64,000 nucleotides of DNA from an uncultured archaeon (lineage in GTDB: Archaea > Aenigmatarchaeota > Aenigmatarchaeia > Aenigmatarchaeales > Aenigmatarchaeaceae): contig CAZSPB010000001.1 in assembly GCA_964608725.1 (NCBI GenBank), forward strand, positions 43,696-107,695, given 5' to 3'. Shown one piece after another: positions 31,476 to 41,608 of the stretch. Each line of letters begins with the position of its first letter. Within the stretch, counting starts at the first letter, position 1. The notes beneath the pieces were generated by a model. It searched no databases, was not told the origin of the DNA, and saw only the letters and a list, made by a program, of their open reading frames with translations. The position numbers were made by a program, and so were the translations under genes.

Positions 31476-32113
31476 TATTTCACCAAGTTTGGCTTAATTT
31501 TTTTAATATACTGGATAAGAAAACCTGTAACTAAAGCTTCTATTATTGATCCTCCAATAGCTATAGGGAGAATTAAAGATATGTAAGTTGGTAAAGAGAT
31601 TTGTAAGTGTCCCAGCTCTTCATGTAAGAATTCGCCTGGGTTTATAGTTGAAATAGCAACTATTCCAATAACTAGGAAAGTTGAACATATTAATGAGAAA
31701 AATGTTGAAATGCTTGCTCTAATAAAATAATTTTTTAAATATTTTTTAAGCACTTTGAATAAGAAAATCCCTACTATTGCTTCAAACCAAAGAACTAGAG
31801 CATTTAGTCCAACTATAGTTATGCCTCCATGACCTAAAAATGCAAGAATGAAATTTACAATAAAAGAAATGATAAGAGAAAAATAAATTCCAATTATTAA
31901 ACCAGAAAAAACACTTAAATTCATATGAAATGGAACACCAAGGGGAATTGACATTACTACTAACATCAAAGCAACTAACATCGCTGCCAAAGGAATTTTT
32001 TTAACTTCTTTTTTTACTTTGTGTAAAGCTATAGCTAGAAAGATTATTGTGATTAAGTAACCACTCACCCATAACCAAATAGGTAAAACACCGTCAGGTA
32101 TGTGAATGTGCAT
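31475..32113 (-). CDS. cbiM: Co/Ni ECF S component (CbiM/NikM)
   Basis: MHIHIPDG, PFHMNL, GHGGIT..GLN. Confidence 0.85.
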   Translation of the reverse strand: MHIHIPDGVLPIWLWVSGYLITIIFLAIALHKVKKEVKKIPLAAMLVALMLVVMSIPLGVPFHMNLSVFSGLIIGIYFSLIISFIVNFILAFLGHGGITIVGLNALVLWFEAIVGIFLFKVLKKYLKNYFIRASISTFFSLICSTFLVIGIVAISTINPGEFLHEELGHLQISLPTYISLILPIAIGGSIIEALVTGFLIQYIKKIKPNLVK

Positions 32114-32159
32114 GTTAATTTATAATATCCTTCACAATTTATAATAGTAAAGTGAGAAA

Positions 32160-32510
32160 ATGAGAATTGCTTTCGCAAGTGATGAAAACAAGGGTCTTGA
32201 AAGTAATATTGCATTTCATTTTGGAAGATGTAAGTATTATGTGTTTGTTGATGTTGAAGATAAAGAAATTAAGAAAATTGAAGTAAAAGAAAACCCTTTT
32301 TTTAACCAACATCAACCAGGAATTATACCTCAATTCATTGCAAAAGAGAAAGCAAATGTAATTATTGCAGGAGGAATGGGGCCAAGAGCTGTTGATTGGT
32401 TCAAAAAACTTGGCATTAGACCAATAACGGGTGTAAAGGGAAAGGTTAAAGATGTGTTAAATGATTTTCTTGAGGGTAAGTCGTTTAATGTTAAAACTTG
32501 TAAAGAATAA
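32160..32510 (+). CDS. NifB/NifX family (COG1433) protein
   Basis: HFGRC, ENP, GGMGPRA. Confidence 0.85.
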   Translation: MRIAFASDENKGLESNIAFHFGRCKYYVFVDVEDKEIKKIEVKENPFFNQHQPGIIPQFIAKEKANVIIAGGMGPRAVDWFKKLGIRPITGVKGKVKDVLNDFLEGKSFNVKTCKE

Positions 32511-32522
32511 TTTTATGATTAT

Positions 32523-32729
32523 ATGGAAGAGAAAAGAATTTTCTTTGTGAAAAAAGAAGTTTCAAAAGAAGAGATACCCAAAAAAATCGAAGTAGAAGAG
32601 ATATCATACTTTGGTTATACGGGCAGACATTTTTTGTACGAGTTGGAGAAAATAGAAGATTGTGAAAATGGTTTTATGAAAGTTATTTATAAAAAGAAAG
32701 GCTTTGTTGAAAATAATCATAAAACTTAA
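32523..32729 (+). CDS. Hypothetical protein
   Basis: Short ORF in gene-dense context. Confidence 0.45.
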   Translation: MEEKRIFFVKKEVSKEEIPKKIEVEEISYFGYTGRHFLYELEKIEDCENGFMKVIYKKKGFVENNHKT

Positions 32730-32754
32730 ATTTTTTATTTTTTATAAGAAGTAA

Positions 32755-33801
32755 ATGAAAGGTATATTCATTACAGATTTAGAGGGCCCGCTTTCTAAAA
32801 ATGACAATGCATTTGAGTTAGCAAAAAACTATATTCCTGATGGTGATAAATTCTTTTCTTTAGTGAGCAAATATGATGATGTTCTTGCAGATGTTTTTCA
32901 TAGGCCAAACTATAAAGCAGGAGATACATTAAGGTTAATTCTTCCATTTTTGAAAGCTTATGGAGTAACAAGTAAGGAAATGGAAGAATATTCTTCTGAA
33001 AGCATTCTTCTAGTGCCTAAGGCTAAAGAAACTATAAAAACTGTAAGAAGTTGGATGCCATCTTTCATAGTAAGTACAAGTTATGAGCAATATGTAAAAG
33101 CAGTTTGTGATTGGCTGGAATTTCCATTTGAGAATGCTTTTTGTACAAGAGTAAATATTGATAAATATGAAATGGATGAAATTGAAAAAGAAAAAGTAAA
33201 AAAGTGGAGTAGGGAAATAGTTAAAATGCCTATGATTCAGATACCAAGAAATGCTAAATCTTTAAAAGATTTTTCAAAAAGAGATCAAAAAACTATAGAA
33301 AGGTTAGATGAAATATTCTTTGAAGAAATTCCTAAAATGAAATGTGGAAAAATGCTTGAAGAAGTTAACCCAATTGGTGGTTATGAAAAAGCAGAGGCCG
33401 TTAAAATGATAACGGAAAATATGAATGCTAATTTTTCCAATGTTATTTACTTTGGTGATAGCATAACGGATGTTGAATCTTTTAAGTTAGTAAAAGATAA
33501 TGGAGGGGTTAGTATTTCTTTTAATGGCAATCAATATGCAATAAGAGAAGCAGAAATTGCGGTTTTGTCAAAAGATACATTTCCAATTCTTACTCTTTCT
33601 CATGCCTTTAAAAGGAAAGGTAAGGAGGGAGTTTTTGAGTATGTAGAAAAATGGGATGAAATGTTTGGAGAAAGTGATTTATGTCCAAAAGTTCTCCCCC
33701 AAATAAAAGTAATAAATGATGAGAACAAAGAAAAGCTGGCAGAAGAGAGTAGTGTTTTCAGAAAAACAGTAAGAGGAGAGGCTATAGGGAAGTTAGGTTG
33801 A
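32755..33801 (+). CDS. HAD-like hydrolase (EhaR/COG4030-like)
   Basis: TDLEGP..NDNAFE, YKAGDTL, STSY, GDSITD, SFNGN, RK.VRG..IG.LG. Confidence 0.8.
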   Translation: MKGIFITDLEGPLSKNDNAFELAKNYIPDGDKFFSLVSKYDDVLADVFHRPNYKAGDTLRLILPFLKAYGVTSKEMEEYSSESILLVPKAKETIKTVRSWMPSFIVSTSYEQYVKAVCDWLEFPFENAFCTRVNIDKYEMDEIEKEKVKKWSREIVKMPMIQIPRNAKSLKDFSKRDQKTIERLDEIFFEEIPKMKCGKMLEEVNPIGGYEKAEAVKMITENMNANFSNVIYFGDSITDVESFKLVKDNGGVSISFNGNQYAIREAEIAVLSKDTFPILTLSHAFKRKGKEGVFEYVEKWDEMFGESDLCPKVLPQIKVINDENKEKLAEESSVFRKTVRGEAIGKLG

Positions 33802-34566
33802 AGTTGCTAATGCTTTTACTGTTGTTTCTCTTATTTTTAGGCCTTTATAGAAAATGTTCATCATTTCTTTTTCAGTTAAGTTTGGCCATACTAAAGGTAC
33901 ACTTAATACTTCTAACACATCTTCAGGGTTCACTTCAGGAAATGCTTCTATGAATTGGTTAGCAATTTCATATTTTGTATCACCTTTTAACTTTTCTCCT
34001 TTTAGAATTACAGCATTTCTAAAGAAATTTCCTAAAGCTTTCGTACTTTTCTTAAAGTTGTAGGCAAAGCTCCTCTTATTATGCTTTCTAAGATAATCAA
34101 GAAGAGTTGCAGTTTTCCTAGTTCTCCATATAGAATAAGCTAAACTTGACTCTTCATTAGGGCCAGGATTTTTATCCGACAAGATGTTTCTGAAATCTTT
34201 ACCAAAAAGGATCTTACCAGAACTTCTAAGATGTTCTTTGAAAGATTTTATAATCCAAGCATACTTTCCTGATTTTACACTTCCCACATCATAAACACTA
34301 AACTCTACTTCTTCTTCAATACCCCAATTTATCTTTTTTTCTAATCTTTCTCTAACTCTTGTGTAAGTATTAGATAACTCTTCATAAAATTCAACTGGGC
34401 AACAAAAATTATATTTTGATAAAAATAAAACATCAACATCACTCCACTTTTCTTTATAATCTTCTTCTCTCGCTGCGGAACCATAAGTCATTATTCCAAA
34501 ACAATGTCTAAGAAGCGAAGGTTTTAACTCTTCTTTCAAAACTTTTAGAATTTCATTCAATTTCAT
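33793..34566 (-). CDS. Pol-beta-like nucleotidyltransferase with helical C-terminal domain
   Basis: YGSAAR...SDVDV. Confidence 0.7.
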   Translation of the reverse strand: MKLNEILKVLKEELKPSLLRHCFGIMTYGSAAREEDYKEKWSDVDVLFLSKYNFCCPVEFYEELSNTYTRVRERLEKKINWGIEEEVEFSVYDVGSVKSGKYAWIIKSFKEHLRSSGKILFGKDFRNILSDKNPGPNEESSLAYSIWRTRKTATLLDYLRKHNKRSFAYNFKKSTKALGNFFRNAVILKGEKLKGDTKYEIANQFIEAFPEVNPEDVLEVLSVPLVWPNLTEKEMMNIFYKGLKIRETTVKALATST

Positions 34567-34596
34567 AAAACTATAATAAAAAGAAAATTTTAAATC

Positions 34597-35421
34597 TTAA
34601 ACAGGTAAAAGAAGGTTTAGAGTACATTCTTCTTTCACTTTTATAATCATCGTGTTTCCAATATTTTCACTTTTAAAACGAACATTAGTTCTTGTAATTC
34701 CTTTTGACCATTTCTGTTCCTTCTCTATCCAATCATAAAGTCCTAATACTATACAATCTCCTTTTATTTCATCAAAGGATAACCCAACCATTTGAGGAGT
34801 TATATGAATAAAATTCCAACCTTTATATAGGTGTATCTCACCAAGTTTTGGCATAAATTGAGGATTGTAAAGGTAATATCTCATTTTCCCGCTCTTCTTT
34901 GAATAAACCCATACAGAACTCGATCTTACATAACTTTCAAGTTTTGAATTACTCTTTAACTTTTTCCCGAGATCTTCTAGAGCTAAGTTCATATACTTTT
35001 GTTTTTCAGGATCAAAAAAGTAGCTTACTATAAAATCTTTTTCATCGATTTCAGAATAACCAACAATATCTTCAATTTTAGTGCCATTTTTTAAAATATA
35101 TCCATAAGATGAAGGAATGAGATTCCACCCTTTATATATTTTTATAGTTATAACGTAATTTGAACGATTAGTAGATCTCAAAAATTCTGTGTTGTAAGAG
35201 GTTAAGTAGTCTGTTTTTGAAAATGCTGAAGGAGGAATTGAAGGAGGAATTGGTATGATGCACTTACAATTTATACATACCTTATTTTCAGGACAAGGAG
35301 AATTATCACATTCTTCACCAATTTCAATTTTACTATTACCACATATAGCTTTAGGTTGAATGCATCCTAGGAAAAAGATTAAGAGAAAAATAAGGAAGAT
35401 TAATTTTAGTGGGAAATTCAT
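34597..35421 (-). CDS. Putative lipoprotein/surface protein
   Basis: Signal peptide LGC, Cys-rich CGN..GEEC segment, two YKGWN repeats. Confidence 0.6.
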   Translation of the reverse strand: MNFPLKLIFLIFLLIFFLGCIQPKAICGNSKIEIGEECDNSPCPENKVCINCKCIIPIPPSIPPSAFSKTDYLTSYNTEFLRSTNRSNYVITIKIYKGWNLIPSSYGYILKNGTKIEDIVGYSEIDEKDFIVSYFFDPEKQKYMNLALEDLGKKLKSNSKLESYVRSSSVWVYSKKSGKMRYYLYNPQFMPKLGEIHLYKGWNFIHITPQMVGLSFDEIKGDCIVLGLYDWIEKEQKWSKGITRTNVRFKSENIGNTMIIKVKEECTLNLLLPV

Positions 35422-35494
35422 AAGATATATTCGTAAAGGTTCGTATAAAAATTTTCTGGTTAAATTTAAATCCTTTTCTTTAAAATTTATTTTC

Positions 35495-35950
35495 ATGTCT
35501 TACAATGTGAAGTGTGTTCATAAAGATTTCATTGCAGATAATTCATTAGGCAATTGGAAAAGATTCAAAGTTTATTACTTAGAAAATCTTCCTAAAAACA
35601 CTTGGGAAAATGCACCACTTCCAATCAGGGACTTAAATGAAGAAATGGAAAGAAATTCGCAAATAGTTGGCTTGGGCTATATAATTTCTTGGCCAAACCT
35701 TATAAGGAAGTGTAATTTTGTAAAAGAACACGTTTGCGAAGTTACTTGTTTTCATCCTCCTAAAGCTAAAGGTGAGAGGTTTGAAGAGTATCCAGAAATG
35801 GAGAATGGTGCTTGTTTAGCAGAATTACTAATAGGAGGTTATGAAGCATCATTTTGGTGGAATTCAGAAACTATAGATGAATACCTCAGTATGTTTACAG
35901 ACGCCTTAGATAAGGAAAAACGTCTTGAACATAAAAAATTACCGTGGTAA
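35495..35950 (+). CDS. Hypothetical protein
   Basis: Start reassigned to ATG 35495; upstream part of track ORF is antisense to neighbour. Confidence 0.6.
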   Translation: MSYNVKCVHKDFIADNSLGNWKRFKVYYLENLPKNTWENAPLPIRDLNEEMERNSQIVGLGYIISWPNLIRKCNFVKEHVCEVTCFHPPKAKGERFEEYPEMENGACLAELLIGGYEASFWWNSETIDEYLSMFTDALDKEKRLEHKKLPW

Positions 35951-35982
35951 TTATAAGTTTTAAAATAATCTAAAAATTAAAT

Positions 35983-36750
35983 ATGAAAAAATTGATATTA
36001 ATATCAATATTTCTAATTTTTTTGGTATTTTTTCTTTCCTTTAATTTTTTAATGAATACGATTAAAGAAAAAGCCACAATTTTTACAGAGAAAATTTCTG
36101 ATCAAGTGATAGTAGATGGTGCTAAGTTTAAAGCTAAACTAATAACTACTCCAGTAAAAAATGTTGAAACTCCATTTCAATTAACAATAGTAAATGGTGT
36201 TACACCTCCAGACCCTCAAATTTGTGTTTTAAATGTTTCAATAAACGGAGAGACTGTTCTTTCAAATAAAAGTTGCATAAATGAAAATGAAACTTTAAAC
36301 CTTACATTTGACTACAAAGTTAAAGAAAATGAAACAACATGGAACATTTCAATATTTTACTCTGTTGAAAGTATAGTGAAGAATGTAAGTTTGTTTTTAA
36401 AGAAAAGGCCAGCAGAAGAAGGCAGTAAAATTAACCTTATCATCATTTTACCTGAAAAAGTAAAGAAAGGAGATATTTTAAGAGGGAGTGCAACTTTCAC
36501 TTCTGATTTAGATAATTGGATAAAAGTTGAAAAAGTTGTGTTGATAATAAAAAAAGAAAATACTTATTACAAATTTGAAAAAATTTTAGATTATTCTATC
36601 CCTCCAAAATTTCATTACACAACTGATTATGAGACTGCTTTGCCAGAAAATATCCAAACCGGAAATTATACTGTTAGGGGAATTCTTTTCTATTTTGAAA
36701 ACAATGTAGAGAAGGCTATTGGTTATTCTAGAAACATTGAAATTATTTAA
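35983..36750 (+). CDS. Exported beta-rich (Ig-like) protein
   Basis: N-terminal TM, many NxS/T sequons. Confidence 0.6.
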   Translation: MKKLILISIFLIFLVFFLSFNFLMNTIKEKATIFTEKISDQVIVDGAKFKAKLITTPVKNVETPFQLTIVNGVTPPDPQICVLNVSINGETVLSNKSCINENETLNLTFDYKVKENETTWNISIFYSVESIVKNVSLFLKKRPAEEGSKINLIIILPEKVKKGDILRGSATFTSDLDNWIKVEKVVLIIKKENTYYKFEKILDYSIPPKFHYTTDYETALPENIQTGNYTVRGILFYFENNVEKAIGYSRNIEII

Positions 36751-36822
36751 TTTCACTTTTTGTGAAAGGTTATAAGTTCTAAAATTTTCGAAAAATGAAG
36801 GAAGAAATTAAATCCCTTCTTT

Positions 36823-38550
36823 ATGGAAAAAATATATGGGGCTATAAAAGATCCTTTATTTCATGAAAGGGTAATACTTGGAGAGGATTTACAAAAAGAA
36901 TTACTTAAAGAATATCTTTCTCTATTTCCAAATATGAAAAGTGCATCTGAATCTTTAGGTCTGAATTTAACAACGTTTTTTGCATATCTTAAATATCAAA
37001 ACAAATCTATCCCTAAAAAAGTTTTTGAAGTTGTAGCCTCTCGATTAGGTATTGAAGACCCATCAAAACTAATAAGAGAAAAAACTACACTTAAAGAAAT
37101 TCGAAGCAAATTTCTTAAAGAATTTTGGAGAAACGATAGAGAACGTGCTTTGAAGGTAGCTAGAAAAGCGGCACCATTGGGGATAAAAAAGCTAGAAAAA
37201 AAGAAAGGTAAAAGTAGGAAAGAGATAATGAAAGAGGTTCGGAGTCATCTTTATAATAAGTATGGACTAGATGCTCACCGTGTAATTGGTAATTTAAGAA
37301 TCGAGAAAGCAAAAAGGGAGTTTGGTAAAAACTGGAAAATGGAAATGATCAAACCTGCAATGGAAAAACTTAAAGAGAAATATGGAGAAAAATATTGGGA
37401 AGTTCTTTTACCTAAAGCTCGAGCTGCCTTAGAGAAAAAATATGGCCCTCTTTGGGCCTTGAGGCTTTCAAGAAGAGGAATGAAGGCTTTAAGAGAAAAA
37501 TTTGGTGAAAATTGGAGAGAAATAACTTTAGAGAGGGCTAGAAAAAAACTCAAAGAAAAATATGGAGAAGATGTTTACCATTTTCTTAGTAAGTTGTCGA
37601 AAGAGACAAGAAAAGTTAAATCCTTTGCTTCAAAAAGAATGGATATGAAGGAAGAAGAAAGGAAGTGTTACAGTTGTGGAAGTACTAACCTTATCAAAGA
37701 TCATGAAACTGGTGAAACTGTTTGTGCTGATTGTGGTTTAGTTCAATATGAAGCTTCACTTGATATGGGTCCAGAATGGAGAGCATTTGATGAAGAACAA
37801 AAGAAGGCTCGCACAAGAGTAGGACCTCCACAATCCCATAGGTACCATGATAAAGGTTTAGGTACTACAATAGGATGGATGGATAAAGATGCGCATGGTA
37901 AATCGTTAAAACCTGAACAAAAGGCTCAAGCATTTAGGCTTAGAAAATGGCAGAAGAGAGCGAGAGTACAAAGTTCAGATGAAAGAAACATAGCTTATGC
38001 TTTAACTTTAATTAATGGAATAGGAGAAAATCTTAATTTACCATCTCAAGTTTTGGATAATGCTTACATAAATTACAAAAAAGCAGTAAAGAGAAAATTG
38101 ATCAGGGGAAGGTCTATTCAGCAGGTAGCTGCTGCAACAGTTTATTTAGCTTGTAGATTGTGTGGTATAAACAGAACTTTGGAAGAAGTTGCTGAAGCAG
38201 CTTCTCTGAAAAAGAAAGATGTTGGAAAGCAGTATAGATTTATTGTGAAAGAATTTGAGTATTGGAATATTCCTCAACAAAAAGCATCAAATTATGTTAG
38301 TAGATTATGTAGTAGTATGGAACAAGAAGAGATATCTTACAAGATTCTTAATGCAGCAAAAAAGGCTAATCTTACTTCCGGCCGTGGCCCTATAGGTATT
38401 GCAGCTGCCGCAACCTATATTGCAGGTGTTTTATGTGGAAAGAAAGTAACTCAAAGAGAAATTGCTGAAAGAGCGGGGGTCACAGAAGTCACAATAAGAA
38501 ATAGGTATAAAGATTTAATGGATGAATTATTATTTGAAATTTCTCTTTAA
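36823..38550 (+). CDS. tfb: Transcription factor TFB fused to N-terminal HTH and KxxYG repeat region
   Basis: CYSCG..VCADCG, GPEWRAF, RLRKWQ, RGRSI, GRGP.GIAAAA.Y, VTEVTIRNRYK. Confidence 0.88.
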   Translation: MEKIYGAIKDPLFHERVILGEDLQKELLKEYLSLFPNMKSASESLGLNLTTFFAYLKYQNKSIPKKVFEVVASRLGIEDPSKLIREKTTLKEIRSKFLKEFWRNDRERALKVARKAAPLGIKKLEKKKGKSRKEIMKEVRSHLYNKYGLDAHRVIGNLRIEKAKREFGKNWKMEMIKPAMEKLKEKYGEKYWEVLLPKARAALEKKYGPLWALRLSRRGMKALREKFGENWREITLERARKKLKEKYGEDVYHFLSKLSKETRKVKSFASKRMDMKEEERKCYSCGSTNLIKDHETGETVCADCGLVQYEASLDMGPEWRAFDEEQKKARTRVGPPQSHRYHDKGLGTTIGWMDKDAHGKSLKPEQKAQAFRLRKWQKRARVQSSDERNIAYALTLINGIGENLNLPSQVLDNAYINYKKAVKRKLIRGRSIQQVAAATVYLACRLCGINRTLEEVAEAASLKKKDVGKQYRFIVKEFEYWNIPQQKASNYVSRLCSSMEQEEISYKILNAAKKANLTSGRGPIGIAAAATYIAGVLCGKKVTQREIAERAGVTEVTIRNRYKDLMDELLFEISL

Positions 38551-38828
38551 TCTTCTTTCCAAAAATATTCTGTTCTTTGAGGGAATTCTTTTACTAAACA
38601 ACCTCTTTCTAGTTTATAGAATACTTCTTTTATTATATAATTTAACTCGTAATAGTCAAATCCAGTATTTTTAACTATAATCTTACACTTTTTCCCATTG
38701 ACTAAAATACTTTCTTTCTTTTTATCATTGACCTTGTAAAATTTTGTACAATTTTTGCCAAGCTCAATTACATAACTCTCAGAAACCTTTTTCTTAATTT
38801 CTCCTACAAGAGTTTTCCAAATTTTCAT
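38547..38828 (-). CDS. Hypothetical protein
   Basis: Starts 7 nt after upstream gene; host-like composition. Confidence 0.5.
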   Translation of the reverse strand: MKIWKTLVGEIKKKVSESYVIELGKNCTKFYKVNDKKKESILVNGKKCKIIVKNTGFDYYELNYIIKEVFYKLERGCLVKEFPQRTEYFWKED

Positions 38829-38835
38829 GAAATTC

Positions 38836-40737
38836 TTATAATTTATCTATTCCTTTTCCAGCAGCTAAACCAATGTTGGATTTTAAAATTTTATCAAGAA
38901 TTTCCATGTTAAGTTTCTTAAGCTGGCACATATGGCCACCTTTTAAAATTTTATGAAAATCTCCAAGAAATTCAATTTTTTCAATATCAGGCAGATTAAT
39001 ATCAACACCACCAGTATAAAAATCTCTTTTTGAGTTAAATTTCATTTTATCATATTTTGCAAAACCTTGTGAGAGGAGAGAATAGTCGAATTCTGCTAAC
39101 CCTACTCTCAAATTTTTTAGTTTAATATTTTTGTCAATAAATTTAAGAATTTTCAACGCAAGCTTTTTATTTTCAACATAATCACCAGCTATAGTTTCTA
39201 TCAAATCTTTAACACCACAAACTTCAACAATGCTTATTCCATCATCAAAATGACAATATTTATCCCTTCCAACTCTATGATTTAAATAATTTAATTCAGT
39301 AAGAGCTTTTGAGTTTATACTTTCTACTGATGCTACAATACACTTTTTTATTAAATTAAGCCTTTCTAATAGTAATTCATAAATTTTATCTTCATCCTTT
39401 GTTATATAACCTAATCTAGGAAGGTTTAAAGCAACCATTTGCATTTCAACAGTTCCGATTGTTCTTTCCCAACTTTTCCAGTTTGAGTCGAGTCTTGTCC
39501 AATCAAACATGTAGTTTGCATTTTCAGTTTGCCATTTTGGAATGAGGTTAGCAACGTAAATTTGGTCAAAGACTTTTTTGATATTTTCTGGTATATCTTT
39601 TCTGTTTCTAAATTTCAAAATAAATTTTGGGCAAATTGTTTTTCCTTTTTCACTCAAAACACTTAGAAACATTTCTAACAAAGTTCTTGCTTCGGCTTCA
39701 TAATCTTTATAACTCCCAACTTCTTTCCCACCACAATAAGCTGGTTGGTTTTTCAAAAATTTTGGGATGCTAACCTCCAAATTTATATAAACCCTTAAAG
39801 ATTTTGCATTTGTGATAGTGTATAAGTGATCTAAAGAGTAAATTATTCTTTCTGCCATTTGTTTTACTTCATATTTATTCTTCTTCCTTATGTATGGTGC
39901 TAAGAAAATGTTAAAAAAATCAAATGTTTGTTGCAGGTCTGCTAAATTTTCATTTATGGCTTTTATAGCTGTCTCAAAATGCGAAACACAAGAAGTCATA
40001 TTTTTTGGTGGTTCAGCTTTTAGGCCAATTATTTTCAAACCATGCTTTAAGATGAGCGAAAAATTATGCTGAAGGTCTATAGGGTAAGATTTTCCTACAT
40101 TTCTTATATGAATATCTTTTTCTAAATGTGCTCTCACAATTTCTCCCAAATTTTTTTCTCTTAATACATCAAGGAAATTTTTCTTTCTAAATAAAAACTC
40201 AGTTGATTGTAAAGCTTCTCTTAAGCGATATATTTTTCTATTTTCTTCTTCAAGAATTTCGAATAAAATTTTCCTAATTTCTGCAAACGTTATCCCATTA
40301 TAAACTCTCTTTGCTAACACTCTTCTTATTTTTTCAATAAGATCTTTTGGTGTCCCTGCTTCAATTGCAATTCTCTCTATTACATCTATATCAAATTCTT
40401 GCAATTTTCCTTCCCAATCTATTGCCAACAACTTTTTCTTTCTTCCTCTTTCTTTTCTAGAGAATACTTGTGAAATGCCTTCTGGAGAAATATCTAACTT
40501 AAATTTTTCTAAAGTATAGATATTCTTTTTCCTTCCATCTCTTATCTTTCTACATCTTAAAATCCCAGCTTTCTCCATTTGATTTAAGTACTTGAAAGCT
40601 GTTGAGAAACTTATTTTCAATTCATTTCTTATATCAGACAAAGATTTTGAGCCTTCTCTTGCGATTAAATCTACAATTTTTAATTTTATAGGATTATCAA
40701 GAGCAGAAAGTAGTTCTGCAAGCTTTTCAGGTTTCAT
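38836..40737 (-). CDS. ArsR-HTH + ATP cone + inactivated class III RNR (NrdD-like) barrel
   Basis: LSALDNPIKLKI..YLNQMEKAGIL; ATP-cone-like segment; HLEKDIHI, FDFFNIFLAPY, LNLPRL, FHKILKGGH; lacks catalytic Cys and glycyl domain. Confidence 0.8.
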   Translation of the reverse strand: MKPEKLAELLSALDNPIKLKIVDLIAREGSKSLSDIRNELKISFSTAFKYLNQMEKAGILRCRKIRDGRKKNIYTLEKFKLDISPEGISQVFSRKERGRKKKLLAIDWEGKLQEFDIDVIERIAIEAGTPKDLIEKIRRVLAKRVYNGITFAEIRKILFEILEEENRKIYRLREALQSTEFLFRKKNFLDVLREKNLGEIVRAHLEKDIHIRNVGKSYPIDLQHNFSLILKHGLKIIGLKAEPPKNMTSCVSHFETAIKAINENLADLQQTFDFFNIFLAPYIRKKNKYEVKQMAERIIYSLDHLYTITNAKSLRVYINLEVSIPKFLKNQPAYCGGKEVGSYKDYEAEARTLLEMFLSVLSEKGKTICPKFILKFRNRKDIPENIKKVFDQIYVANLIPKWQTENANYMFDWTRLDSNWKSWERTIGTVEMQMVALNLPRLGYITKDEDKIYELLLERLNLIKKCIVASVESINSKALTELNYLNHRVGRDKYCHFDDGISIVEVCGVKDLIETIAGDYVENKKLALKILKFIDKNIKLKNLRVGLAEFDYSLLSQGFAKYDKMKFNSKRDFYTGGVDINLPDIEKIEFLGDFHKILKGGHMCQLKKLNMEILDKILKSNIGLAAGKGIDKL

Positions 40738-40846
40738 AATATTAATTATTTTTCAAGTTTTATAAAACTTTCATAATTCAAGAAATTATATTTTATGAAG
40801 AATGAAATAAAAATTGAATGCAATAAAAATTTCTTATGGTGAAAAA

Positions 40847-41608
40847 ATGGAAACTTTAGTAGAAAAATCAAGTAAAGAAATTTTTAAAGAGTTTTCAATT
40901 AAATCAGGAAGATATGCAGAATCTTCACTAATAAATTCTTTAAGAGAATTGAGAAATTATTCACCATTACCATATGAAGCAGAAAAGAAAGAATTTTATA
41001 TAAAAAGTTTAGTAAGGGAATGGTTTTCTTACAGAATGAGAAGAAAATATGAGGAATTGTCTCCAGAAATATTTGAATTAAAAAGAGAAATTGAAATTGA
41101 TGCAAAACACTTTACAAGGAGAAATTCTTACAGAGGGAATGGATTTGAAAAAATTAAAATAGAAATTCCTATGCTTGCCCGTGCAAGACTTGATAAAGAT
41201 AAAGGTTGGAGCAGTAATATAGAAGCAGAATATCCTTATGAAATTTCTTTGAGTTCAAGGATGCCAAGAATTCCATTAGAAGTAAGAAGAGCTGGAATGG
41301 AAGCTCTAGGATATGCTTACAAAACATTTGGAGATGCTCTTGCTACTGAAGTTCTTGGAGAAATTATAATGGAAAAGCCAGATTATGCGCCACAACCAAA
41401 AGATGCGGAACTTCTTGTTCTTTGGAAGCCCAGAGCATCTGAGATACATGTTGAAGCTAAAATACTGGACGATGACCCAGCTTTAGTTTTGAAATGGGAT
41501 AGGCCTTATTTAGTAACTACATGGAAAGAACCAGAAGAAGAACCATTTATGCGTCTAATCACAGCTTGCAAACTTCCTAATCTAGATGAATTTTTGGTGA
41601 GAAAATGA
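40847..41608 (+). CDS. Hypothetical protein
   Basis: GGTGA SD before ATG 40847. Confidence 0.65.
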   Translation: METLVEKSSKEIFKEFSIKSGRYAESSLINSLRELRNYSPLPYEAEKKEFYIKSLVREWFSYRMRRKYEELSPEIFELKREIEIDAKHFTRRNSYRGNGFEKIKIEIPMLARARLDKDKGWSSNIEAEYPYEISLSSRMPRIPLEVRRAGMEALGYAYKTFGDALATEVLGEIIMEKPDYAPQPKDAELLVLWKPRASEIHVEAKILDDDPALVLKWDRPYLVTTWKEPEEEPFMRLITACKLPNLDEFLVRK

